Of a stretch of DNA of 64,000 nt, positions 12,670 to 24,974 are shown piece after piece; the first letter of the stretch is position 1, and every line of letters starts with the position of its first letter. The notes beneath the pieces were generated by a model. It was not told where the DNA came from. It ran no database searches and saw nothing but the letters and a program-made list of their open reading frames with translations. This DNA is from Rhizophagus irregularis (taxonomy: Eukaryota), in contig NC_089431.1 of assembly GCF_026210795.1 (NCBI RefSeq), positions 2,976,001-3,040,000 on the forward strand, written 5' to 3'. The position numbers and the translations under genes were made by a program.

Positions 12670-15600
12670 ATGTCTCTTATTTCAATGTTAAACCTTGAAT
12701 ACAATGATGGATAATACAGAACAAGAGAACATTAGATGTGACGAACAATATGATGCTTCACCTTCAACAAGAACCAACGTATATAACTTCTTTATTTTAC
12801 CTATTTTCTGTTGTGCTTGAGTGTTTCCTTGATTGTTGCTTTGTATTTGTTATCTATCATATAATTAAAGAGAATCTGCCTAATAGATTTATGAAACAAA
12901 CCCACAATCAATTATTGATGATGAGTCTGATGGACCAGATGAGCCATCCAACCCTTTAGAATTGACCTCTGGACTCACTTTTTCTAACTGGAAAGACTTT
13001 AGAAACTGGATACGTATGTTTGGGTTAAAGGAAGGGTTTAACTATAAGATTAGAACTAACAAGACTATTCAAGGAGTAATGAGAAGGGCTACTTATGAAT
13101 GCACAAAATCTGGGTCTCATATTTCACAAACTATATCGGATCCGACAAAGCAATGCAATACTCATTCCTAACGAACACTATGTCCCTGGAAACTTAATGT
13201 AGCCTGTCCAAAGACAAGTGGTATCGTAAGAATAAACTCATTTAATAATGTATATAACCATCCACTTATCTCAATGATTCAAGAAATAGTCCCAAGATTT
13301 CGGAAGTTGACAAAGGAAATGCTGGCTGATATTGAAAAGTATGTTGTTCAAGGGTGGATGGATTCAACGTCCATATATACCCTATTAAAGCATGACTATC
13401 CAAATCAACCTATTCACAAGAAAGATTTGTATAACGCGGTTTATCAGTTTTGGCAAAAGCATAATCCAGGAGATGGTGATGCTTCACAAATGCTTCAATT
13501 GTTAATGGATTGAAAAGATTCAGACCCGCTATGAATTATAAAAACGCGATTAGATCCAGTTTCAAGAAGATTAATTTCACTTTTGTGGATGTCCTCCACG
13601 CAAAGAGACTTATATAATAGATACAACGATGTTGTTATAGTAGATAGTACTTACAACACAAACTGATTTCAGATGATCCTTTGTGTTGTAACAGTAGTTG
13701 ATAACAACTACAGAACCCGAATCGTGGCATGTGCAATCATTGAGGATGAAACTCTAGATACTTACTGATAGATATTTGATAGTATACTTAATGAAACGGG
13801 CATTTCTTCACAAATTGTTTTTACTGATTCAGATCCTTCTTTGATTCGTTCAATTACAGACATTTATCCCAATACTCACCACCTACTATGTATATTCCAT
13901 ATAGATCTAAACCTTCAAAAAAAACTTAAAGGGAAATTGGGTAGTCAGTTTGAGGAATTCCATCATAAATCCTATGTTTGTCGAAATTCTCTTTACGAAC
14001 AATTATTTGAACTTCGATGGAATCAGCTAGTTAAACAATATCCAGTGGCAGTCAAATATTTGTCTGATACCTTTTATTGTACTAAGGATTTATAGGCAGT
14101 ACCTTAGGTCCGCAAACGATTTACAGCCAGTGCACAAAGCATGCAGCGGATTGAATCAATAAATAAGTATGTGCATAACAAAGTAGACCGCTCTACATCA
14201 TTATGTAATCTGTTGATTAGTATTAAGGGTCCAGTATATTACGTCATCCTATATATGGCAAAAAATTGGAGATCATCTTTTTTTTACTTTCGTTACAAGA
14301 AAAAATTTTTTAATATTTTTCAAACTCCTGCTTAAAATATCTGTTAGAGAGCCAAAGTTTCTTGTTTTTCAAATAAACTTTAAAAAAGTATAGTATAAAT
14401 ATAGTTTACAACGAAAAACTACCATATGAAGTTAACAGTAATTGCGAATTCTCTAAGGTAAGTTGCGAATTCTCTAATTAGACTAACTTTAAATTAACTT
14501 AAAACTTGCGAAACTTTGAGACTTAATAATATAGTAATTAGTTAAATAATTTATATCAAAAAATTAGCAAGCATCATATTCAAATAAAAATTTTTACTAA
14601 TACCATTTTATTTTTTTATTATCTTAATAAGCGTATTTGTTCCTTTAAACTAAATACAAAATATTTCATGTGTTGTGAAGTAATAATTAGATTATTATAA
14701 TTTTATAATGAAATGGAAAGGCAAATAAATTAATTTAATAACCTTGAATTATATATTTGGCGTTTGTGGAGTTATTATTTATTTATTTTTAATGTACAAT
14801 ATCAATCAAGCAAATGGTATTTTCATTAAGTTTTGTCCATAAAAATATATAGAAATATTAATAAATGGTTAAAATGTAGATAGAATGCATTATATTTATT
14901 ATTTGAACGTATATTTAATAAAATTCATATGGTAGGTTGGGAAATATTTTATTTTTCCAAGAGTTTTCTCGTCAATTTCGTGGTCACGTGATCATATAAA
15001 ATGATCGTCATATGGTCATATACAAATGATGACGTAATATACTGGACCCTTAACGATCACGTTAATAATGACGAACATTTAGAAAGATTTGAAGTAGAAG
15101 GAAATGCCTTACGGCCCTTACCTACAATCGGTTTGCCGATGCTGAATACAAGATTCTTCAATCAAGTAGACACTATTATCAAAGAATTCTTGACTCCTAT
15201 AATGCTCAGAAAGCAAAGAGAGAAGATGAATCAATCTGTATGTTACGACATTAACCAAATTACAGAATGGCATCATTTGATGGAGGTTAGGTATCATTCA
15301 AAATCTGTTAGAATTGAAGTAGAAAAAACTCTTAAATTAATTACATCTTTTGCATTTATAGGTGGAAACTGATGATAAAGAAATAGGTGTGGGAATTAGA
15401 AAACAAGAACGAGACACAAGGCAGGTTCTTTTCTGATCGTTAATATCAAATTTACCAACAGAAACAATTCTTGAAGTATGGAATATACGAGCAACTGACA
15501 CACAGGGAATTGGGCATTATACAATTCTGCTTGACAAAGGTACACATCTATGTACCTGTCTTCTTTTAATTAATAAGGGGTTGGTATGTCGGCACTTTTT

Positions 15601-16225
15601 TCGAGTTGGCACCTACTCTAGAATTGCCACCTTCCATATAAGTATAATTCTGAGTCGGTGGTACCTTAATCCTGATGTTGAGCTGAGTGATCTTTTGCAA
15701 CAATATCCCTTTATTCCAATATGTGATAAGACACAGTCAGAAGATGATATACCATTTCAAAGTCATGCTACCTTCCAACATTTCTTTTCCATTCGGATTG
15801 ATTCATATGGTCCTCAATCGTCCCAATCATCTCAATTACCTGTAAAATCTAAAGCCATATATGCAGAATTATCTGGATTATCGAAGAAGGCTATTGACTA
15901 TGCCACTAAAGCTGATATGCAGCATGAATTGTTAAATGTTTTCAAGGCCTTTATTTATGACGTACAGGGTAGACTGGAAGTCTTAACCGATATTAATAAT
16001 CCTATCATTGTCAAGCATAAAGGACGACCTCCGAAGAGGCTAATATCAAATGTTGAAAAGAACTTACATAGAGAAAAGCGGGTACTAAAAGATATTGTCA
16101 ATGTAGTAGAAGAACACTGTATTTCAAGTCATATAGAAGACTCAGCAAGCGGTACAAAAGGTCAGAAATGTAGCAAGTGTAAGCAATATGGACATTACGT
16201 GAAGACATGTTCAAATGTTATTTAG
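12670..16225 (+). pseudogene. MULE transposase pseudogene (FAR1-like DBD, DDE core, SWIM finger, C-terminal CCHC knuckle)
   Basis: Motifs VIVDSTYNTN (D), VFTDSD (D), LLCIFH (CxxH), QRIES (E), CTC..LVCRH (SWIM), KGRPPKR and CSKCKQYGHYVKTC. Intron at 15286-15361. Multiple in-frame stops and one nested insertion. Confidence 0.9.
14227..15049. mobile_element. Non-autonomous TIR element with TTAA TSD, Kolobok-type (823 bp), nested in the MULE ORF
   Basis: Perfect 22-bp TIR GGGTCCAGTATATTACGTCATC, with TTAA at 14223-14226 and 15050-15053. 5'-RR..YY-3' ends fit Kolobok rather than piggyBac. Removing it restores the frame (LLISI-NDHVNNDE). Confidence 0.9.
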
Positions 16226-16849
16226 GCGCATTTATTGCGCATTTATCGTCAATGCATTTGTAGTATCGTAAACGCGTGCATGTTATTTTATTGGTGTTAT
16301 AATAAAGATATAAAAAAATTAGTCTGTACATTTAATGTCACGTGAAATAAGATTTATATTGAATCACGTGACCCATATTCATACACTACGTGTACAACTA
16401 GAAACTGCCATCTATTTATTACATTAAATGATTTATAGAAATAAAAACAAAGTATAATATATATAATAGTAATTATTTACATTTAATTATATAATATTAA
16501 AGGGTAATTTTAACCACCAATCATATCATTCACATAATTTATGATTATATTTATTTTATTTTATTTTATTTTTTAAATGTTGAATCATATACCATTTTAT
16601 TAAAATATATTTGGATTACATAATAATCACAAATATTCTATGAATGATACTTCCAGCTTCAGACTAGTCCGATCAAACATTAAATGATTATATTTATTAA
16701 TTGTATGATTAATAAAAAAATATTACAATTTTAAATATAATTTATAATGAAATAATATGTTATAAAGCTATTAAAGTTAAATATAATATACAAGTAGAAT
16801 TAAACATTACCAACTAAACAACATTCAATTAATAATAAAAGTTAACAAA

Positions 16850-17760
16850 CAGAAAAAAAAAAAATTTGCAAGTTAATACTATTATGAAAAATATAATTTT
16901 TTTTACAAATATTATATTTAAATTTATAAAAGTTAATATATAAATAGGTTAATTTTATTAAACAACTTTTAATTAAAAATGTTAGCCATAATTCAAAAAA
17001 GTGCTATAACATAAAATTTTTATATGCCATAATTAATTAAGGCTATAAAAATCTTATAGTTGTAATTCAAAATTTTTCAAAAAATAATTAAGGCTAACAT
17101 CTTTACTTTTAATTAATAAAAAAAGTCAATTTATTTGACCAAAGTAGTAAAATTGCACTCTAAATTAATAAATAGAAAATAAAAAATTTGCAAGTTAATA
17201 TTATAAAAAATATGATTTTTTCTTCAGTATCAGATTTATACTTAAAAAAATTAATAAGCAAGTAGTTTTAACTTTACTAAACAACTTTTAATTAATAAAA
17301 AATATTAATTTTATTTGATTAAAATAGTAAAATTACATTCTAAAATTAGAAAACAGAAAAATAAAAAATTTAAAAATTAGTACAGCCAGCTTTCTTTAAA
17401 TGTATTTTTTCTAAATATATATATTATATATTTTTTTTTTAAATGCAATTTCAAGTATATAAAGATTATATAAAATTTTTCTTTCTAAATGCATAACTTT
17501 TTTTAAATACACATTTTTTTCAAATTTTCATATTTTAAAAATAATATATTTAAAGAGAATTAACTGTATAATTATAGTAAAAATGTAATTTTTTTTTACA
17601 AATATTAAATTACACTTAATATATAAATAGATTTAACCTTGCTAAACAATTTTTAGTTAATAAAAAAGTCAATTTTATTTGATTAAAATAGTAAAATTAT
17701 ACTTTAAAATTAATAAATAAAATTAATAAATTCAGTTAATTGTTATAAAAAATATATATT
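16850..17760. repeat. Degenerate AT-rich tandem repeat array with a nested decayed MITE (17383-17566)
   Basis: Recurring units AAATTTGCAAGTTAATA... and ...TTTATTTGA..AA.TAGTAAAATT..A. The nested element has TA|CAGCCAGCTTTCTTTAAA .. TTTAAAGAGAATTAACTG|TA ends. Confidence 0.6.
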
Positions 17761-18226
17761 TTTAATATAAATATTATATCTAATTTTATAAAATTTAAAA
17801 TATAATTTGTTTACTTAAATATAAAAAGTAATTTTAAAATAGTATATTAAAAAAATTTAATAAAAGATATTATAGTCAATTTCTTCTATAGTCACTTTTA
17901 TTATAGTTATATTCTACTATATAGTCATATTAGTTAAATATTCAAACCACTTTATTATTAAAATCTATCCTATATAATCACAATTTATCTATAGTTACTA
18001 TCACACCTATCCTCAAAAATCTTATTAAAAAGAATTGTTTATAATCACAATTATGTAAAGAATATATTAAATAACTTGGTATCTAATAATTGTAAAAGGA
18101 TGTATTATATTTTGTTAGAATTGTCTCACTGAGACAAATCAAATAGTAGTAATTTTATCTTTCTACAATTACTAGCTGATGAGTTATTCAATAAAATATT
18201 AAAAATCAGTATTATAATATTTTTTG

Positions 18227-18922
18227 TAAAGTTCTAATTGGTCCAGTTCTAATCCAGTAATTTGGACTAAAAATTAGGATTGGTATAGTTTGGATTGATG
18301 CTTCAACTTGGACTGAAATATTTGGTCTGATCTGATTTAGTCCTGAATTATAAATTTAACCCAGACTGAATTAAATGGGTTAAGACCAGACTAGACCAAG
18401 TAATTGTTTTCACAATAGTTTTATATTAAAACTATTGTAATTGTTTAATTATTAAATAAAAAAATGTTGCAAAATGTTTTTTTTTAATATATTATTATAA
18501 AAAAAATGTTTTTGCAGCATTTCTATAATTAATTTAATGAAAAAATATTGCAAAATATTTTTTTAAAGTAATTTTAATTAAAAAATGTTGTGAAATATTT
18601 TTTTAAAATAATTTTAATAAAAAATGTTATGAAACATTTTTTTAAAGTAATTTTAATTAAAAAATATTTTTGCAATATTATTTTAATTAATTTAACAAAA
18701 AAAATTGTAAAACATTTTTCAAAATAATTATAATTAAAAAATGTTTTTACAATATTTTTTATTATAAAACTGGACTGGACTGAATTAAATAACTGGTCTG
18801 GTCCAATCTAGTCCTAGATTATCTTTTAACATAATCTGGATTAGACTAAAATAAAGCAAGTTTTTTAGTCTGGTCTTGAATTACTCTCCAAACCAGATCA
18901 ATCTGAACTATTTAAAGTTTTA
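18227..18922. mobile_element. Decayed hAT-like MITE with GGACT/AGTCC subterminal repeats and internal AAAAATGTTGCAAAA repeats
   Basis: Clusters of (CT)GGACT/AGTCC(AG) at both ends and degenerate inverted termini. The superfamily call is inference. Confidence 0.45.
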
Positions 18923-18994
18923 ATTTTTTGATTTATATTTATTGCACTTATTAAATTGTTTAGTACCTAGTGATTATAAAAAGATGATTAATAA

Positions 18995-19370
18995 TAGCTT
19001 GTTAGAATCGTCTTATAATGATGAATCTGATGGTAGTAAATTCATTCTTTATGATTAATATTAATGGAGTTATTATTCAAAAAGACAAAAATTATTTTAT
19101 ATTTTTTAATTTCAGAAATTGATCTAGTAATTAAATTTCGATACATTTTATACCATTAGAATCATCTTATTATAACAAATCAAATAGTGGTAAAATCATC
19201 TTTTTATGTTTAATATTGGTGAAGTTACTACTTAAAAACCATTTAATATTTTCAATTTTAAAAATTAATCTAATAATTAGATTTTGATATACTTTATATC
19301 ATTAGAATCATCTCATTAAAATGAATCAAATAGTAGTAAGACCATTTCTATTAATATTGGTAGAGTTATG
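18995..19370 (+). repeat. Three degenerate tandem copies of the TTAGAATC.TCT...GAATC.AATGGTAGTAAA module
   Basis: Copies near 19001, 19154 and 19300 match the core in the 20805-21326 element. Confidence 0.6.
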
Positions 19371-20804
19371 AAATAATAAAGTTCTTAAGTATAATTTTAA
19401 TTAAAATTATATTAATTTTTGGTTAGAATTATAATATATATATATATATATAATTTTTTATATAATTACATCTCTTTATAGTTATTTAATATAGACTGTT
19501 ACATATTTAAAAAGAGTTAATTGTATTAAAAGATATTTAGCAAAATATTTGTATATTTGAAAAAAAAATTGCCAAAGTTTACTAGTAATAACTAATAACT
19601 GTTGCTATACTAATATTATAATATACTTTTAATTAAAATTACTAAAAAATCTAATAAAATACTAATTAGTATTATATTATAAATTTATTACTAATATTTA
19701 TCATTACTAATATTATTTAAAAAAAAATTTTTGTATATATATTTATTATATAAAAATTGTAAAATGTAATATAAAATTAATAAGATAAAAATCATTGAAG
19801 ATGAAAATGAAATTAAATATTAAACATTTAAATTTTACTAATTACCTTTTTTATTAAAATAAAAAAAAAATACTAATTTAATTATATAAATGCAAAATAA
19901 ACTAAATTATAATACCTAATAATATTAATCATCAAATTACTCATCATACTTATGAATGAGTATTCTACATATATACTGTTAAGTAAATAACTATTTAAAA
20001 TAACTATTTAAAATAATTCATCATAATGTAATACATATTGTTTTCTATAACAGTTATGTCATGACATTTTTATATTTTTCTCTGTAAATCAAATAATTAA
20101 AGTTTTAATCTGATTACCTTATATTTAATTTTATAATCTTTATAACTAGTATCCTTTGATTAAACATCCTATTTAGATCATAAGATCCAAGCATATTATA
20201 AATAAATCTTGAACTGATTAGTTGTAAGAATTATTGTATTTACTTTTTTCATTATATAAGTATTTTGAAAAAGTTAGTCCTATTTATAATACAGGTATTG
20301 AGATATGATGTTGGCAAATATGTTTTATATTAGATATTTTTTTACAAATATAATATCAGATAGAGATCTTTATTTAATAATATTATATATATTTATATTT
20401 CTAATATAAGCTATTTGTAAATTAATAAAAAATAATAAAATAAATAAAAAACTTAAAGTAAAAAATAAGAGAAAAAATATCTAGAATTTTTCAATATTTT
20501 TTTATTAATTAATAAAATAAAAAAGTATAGCTTTTTTAAATATTTTTATATTAAAAATATTTTATAAGTATTTATCAATTAAAAGATTTAATATTATTAT
20601 AGGTTGGTATTTATCAGTAAGTAAATAATACTAATTATTTATTTGCAATAATAAATGTAGCTTTATTTTTTAAAAATTAATTTTGCTTTTAAAATAATTT
20701 GAATATTATTCCTTTAGTTTTAAGATTTGATTTATTATATAATACTATGTGAATTTTAATTAATAGTTACATTAATTTGTTAATTTAACATATTTGATTT
20801 ATTA

Positions 20805-21326
20805 CATCAGGAAATTTGTTTAGGCGTAATTTAGTGTAATATTTCGAAGGTGGTGTAAAATTTCGAAATATTACACTAAAAACGTAATATTACAAAAGTT
20901 TACGCTCTTAAATTTGAATAATTATAGTAATTTAAGAATATCTCGCTATCTGCTGATCCAATCAAGACGATCTATAGCTCATTGGAATCAGCTCATCAAG
21001 ACGAATCGAATGGTAGTAAAATCGTATCTTTACGTTCGATAGATGATTTTCTATTAATTTAAAACTTTACTGCATACTATAGAGCGTTCTATCAACTGTA
21101 GAAATGCGATTTTACTACCATTCGATCCGTCTTGATGAGCTGATTCCAATGAGCTATAGATCGTCTTGATTGGATCAGTAGATAGCGAGATATTCTTAAA
21201 TTACTATAATTATTCAAATTTAAGAGCGTAAACTTTTGTAATATTACGTTTTTAGTGTAATATTTCGAAATTTTACACCACCTTCGAAATATTACACTAA
21301 ATTACGCCTAAACAAATTTCCTGATG
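20805..21326. mobile_element. Young 522-bp foldback MITE with 220-bp TIRs
   Basis: Arms 20805-21024 and 21107-21326 are reverse complements with 2 mismatches by eye. Ends CATCAGG..CCTGATG, flanked by TATTA on both sides (20800-20804, 21327-21331). Confidence 0.93.
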
Positions 21327-21608
21327 TATTACCTTTGAAGCTAACAGAATTAATTATCAAATTCATTTTAAAGCATTTTCTATACTTGAAATTCTGAAAT
21401 AGTTTTAAAGGAATTGAATAAAATTAGAGAGTTCAGGTGTAAGTGGAGAATATTCTATTATCTTTTTTAAAGGATATAAAGTATTTATTAAAAATATTGC
21501 CTAAGTAATTATATGGGATAATTATAGTTAATCAAGAAAGTAAATGTTTTACTTGTAATTTGCAAGTACTTTTATTAATAAAACTATAAGATTAAAATGA
21601 ATACTATA

Positions 21609-21724
21609 CCATTCCGAAATTAAACAACCCCGAAAATAAGCAACCCTGGCCTGCATTATGGCGGAATTATGACTACTTTTATCCGGAATTAAGTTCAAAA
21701 AATGGTTGTTTAATTTCGGAATGA
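21609..21724. mobile_element. Tiny (116 bp) TA-flanked MITE, Tc1/mariner-like
   Basis: TIR (C/T)CATTCCGAAATTAAACAACC at both ends with TA flanks, plus an internal second copy CCGAAAATAAGCAACC. Confidence 0.7.
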
Positions 21725-22628
21725 TATGAATGATATGGTAGGTAAAAAATATTTCAAAAAAGTAGAGATACTTGCGTATTAATTTTTGTAAGTTTAGCGT
21801 GAAATTATAGGTGGTTTTAATAATATTAAGATGTATTTTTGTCTTTTTTTTTACTTTTTAAGGTCTAACTTGAATGCTTTAGTTAACAAAAAACTTAAAA
21901 GTTATTTAGCAAGTATTGATATTATTTTTCATAAAACTAGTTTAAATATAAGAGTTATAAATTTTTTTTTGTAATAATACTAGAATGCATTATTTTAGTA
22001 AAAAATTTCAGTGTCAATACAATATAGTAGCATTTAACAACAGTTAATAGAATGTTATTTTTTAATCCTGTCATTAATTCAAATAAGCTTTTTCTTAATA
22101 AAGTGACCCTTTTTAGTTTTATTATCTTTAACTGGCTATATTACTAATATGTACAAAATTACATCATATTTTTTATTTTTTAAATATTAAAGTATATAAA
22201 AATGTATAAAAATTTCACTTTTTTTAAAAAAGTTTAAAGGTAGAAAGAAAATATTTTTTGACGCGAAGATAACTGTTACACGAAAATATGAGATGATAAT
22301 TTTTGAACCAATCAATATTTGGGGGGGGTATAGATATTATCCTAGACCCGGGGCCTAGGTTAAGGACACTCTTTTCCATATACTTCTGAAATTTCATTTT
22401 ATTATGTTAATATATTTGATTTTTTTTAAAAAAAAAAAATTGGTAAAAAAAAAATTGTTTAGTGGCCAAGAAAAGTTTTGTAATGTGGTCGATGAAAGAG
22501 AAATTACAGGTTTTTCTGAAGATCAGATAATTCTAATGTTTGTTTTACACGTAAGAGATAAATACCAAATATTTATTATTTACTGGTAAACTACAATTTC
22601 GTTAATGATAGGTCCCACGGTACATTTA

Positions 22629-22774
22629 GGGCGAGTGCCAGTAAAAAGAACCAAATTATAAAAAAAAAAAATTTTTATTTAAATAATGAATATTCTGAAT
22701 TAATTGCTCAAATTTGTATTGATTGGTTACTATGCTAAAAATTAGAGTTTTCACCCTTTTTCTAGCACTCACCC
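22629..22774. mobile_element. Small decayed TIR element
   Basis: GGGCGAGTGCCAGTAAAAAG versus the reverse complement of CTTTTTCTAGCACTCACCC. No clean TSD. Confidence 0.5.
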
Positions 22775-23984
22775 ATTTTATTATAAATCCTAAATTTCAA
22801 TAAAATTTTCCGTAGATATCTAGCATTTTGTTTGTAAAAATCAATCAATCTTATAAACAAATATTCTATTTGGAAAAAATGGACAGAAAATGAACCAATC
22901 AAAAAGATTTCGCGATAATATTTAATAATTTTTTGTCATACGTTTCACCAGCGTTAATAATGTCCACAATGCTTCGAGATATCGAGATATCTAAGTAAAG
23001 AGCACATTTTGGAACCTTCGTGTTAGGATTTCGAGAAAAATTTAAAAGTTTACATTATATTACAAATTCCACAATCTATATTTGAAATTGGAAGATTTAT
23101 ATCCGTGAAGGACATAACCTGATACAAAATAATGTTCCGTCACTTTAAAAAACAGGATAAATTAAGCAAAAGAATTTAAAAATCAATTAAAAATTTATAT
23201 GACAATCCAAAACTGTTCATTCATATGCCAAGACAAACACCACACGAGCACATGTGAAGATGATCACTACTAAAATTAATTAACTAACTATCAAAGAAAT
23301 GAGATGATGTTAATTTCAAATTGTATTCTCAATAGAAATTATGAGATAAGCATTTATTAGTAATTCAAATTCTAAACATTCTCCGAATTTTTAAAATTTA
23401 TATGCTCAAATTAATAAATGCACGTACAAATAATTTACATAGGTAATACATCTGTATAATGTCATTCATTAACGTAGTTAATATACTCGGATTCTAAAAG
23501 TCGGTTGCATTAGTGATTCTTGGCATACTCTAAATAAATATTATCAGAAAAAAACTGGAAACAATTTTTTTATTGGGTATTTGTATAAATCATCATGTAT
23601 CATGTACGAACCCCAATTTCGATTACTGTTTCGATTAATCAATTTAATTTTTTGGCTGCGTTTACTGCGTTTATGTATAACTACGTGCTTTTTTTTGAAG
23701 CATCGTTGAGGAAATATTTTAGATCAAAAAAAAAATAATAATAATAATAAATGACAAAAATAAATGAATCTTATAAACGAAAAATTAAGAAAAACGGGTA
23801 ATGCCCAGAGTAAAAAAATTTTAGTCTCATATATAATTATGTTTATTAAATACGTATAATACGAGGTGAAAAATAGCAAATAACGTTATAAAAAAAATAC
23901 AAACATAAGCCGTAATTTAATCATAGATGTAGACACATATAGATTCATTCTTATATTTATACTTTATATTCATATTCATATTAA

Positions 23985-24974
23985 TTATTTTTTTGGAAAA
24001 TTAATGACTTTTACTTCCTTTTCTAATAAAATATCTTGTGCAGATTCGAGAACAAATTTTACTTCGATCTGATGCCAAACAACAAGAAGACTTTGACATA
24101 CAGACCATCTGACGGTGTCATTATTGGGAATATTTATTTTCATTTCTATATAATATTCTTGTTCAGAATCTGCAGCTAAATTAACCATATCACCATCAAC
24201 TTCCTCCAAAGAAAGATCAACACTTTCTTTTGGTCTAACTAAAGATCCAGCATTCTGTAATTCTGTATGTTGTTTTAGTCCAACACTAACTTTCTTAATT
24301 TTAACACGTGAATTTCGAATTATAATCTTAATTGGAACATTAATAGTTTCACCTCTAGTGAATATTTCACGTTCAATTTTTATATCATAACCAACTCCAT
24401 ATTTTTCCTTTTCAGAATTCCATAAAATCATATCGGATTTATAAGGAATTTTTCCATACCTTGTAATTGGAATTGTAAATTTTATAACTTTTTTCTTTCC
24501 TTGTAATTTTAAAAGATTGGATTTACGATGAATAACGACAACAACGCGATAATAGATTCTGGCAGATCCATCGTCATATTTAATTGTAGTTGAAGGAGGT
24601 AAATTATTTTCAAGTTTAAAAGAAAAAGGTAATTCCAAATTCTTTATAATTTCATAATTATCTTTTCCTTTATCTCCATCATTTCGTTCTGCTTCCCATA
24701 TATCGAAGGAATAACGAGTGAATTCATGTTGTTCTGATTGAACAACAGATGCTGTATATCCACGACCACTAGGTTGATATTCTGTCCATAAAATTTCTTC
24801 TTTACCAGAAAATACTAATTCAATCCTTTTTGCTACTAATGGTTTTGAGGATGGGTAATTGAGTTTTAATATTCCCGCGACCTTAGATGATTCAAGTCCT
24901 AAAAGTCCTTGTTGGAATGAATTTTGTCTTGGTGAAAAACTTAAACTTACTTTATCTGAATCGTTGGATGACAT
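23985..24974 (-). CDS. Arrestin-fold (alpha-arrestin-like) protein, intronless
   Basis: The first ATG gives MSSNDSDKV. Motifs GILKLNY..IELVFSGKE, LPFSFKLENNLPPS, ARIYYRV and FTRGETINV are Arrestin_N/C patterns. Confidence 0.8.
   Translation of the reverse strand: MSSNDSDKVSLSFSPRQNSFQQGLLGLESSKVAGILKLNYPSSKPLVAKRIELVFSGKEEILWTEYQPSGRGYTASVVQSEQHEFTRYSFDIWEAERNDGDKGKDNYEIIKNLELPFSFKLENNLPPSTTIKYDDGSARIYYRVVVVIHRKSNLLKLQGKKKVIKFTIPITRYGKIPYKSDMILWNSEKEKYGVGYDIKIEREIFTRGETINVPIKIIIRNSRVKIKKVSVGLKQHTELQNAGSLVRPKESVDLSLEEVDGDMVNLAADSEQEYYIEMKINIPNNDTVRWSVCQSLLVVWHQIEVKFVLESAQDILLEKEVKVINFPKK

Larger units (their letters stand above)
12474..16392 (+). mobile_element. Full-length Mutator-like (MULE/FAR1-type) DNA transposon, inactive
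   Basis: Imperfect TIRs CACGTAGTGTACAAACACGGGT.. / ..ACCCATATTCATACACTACGTG, each flanked by TA, enclose a MULE transposase pseudogene. Confidence 0.85.
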
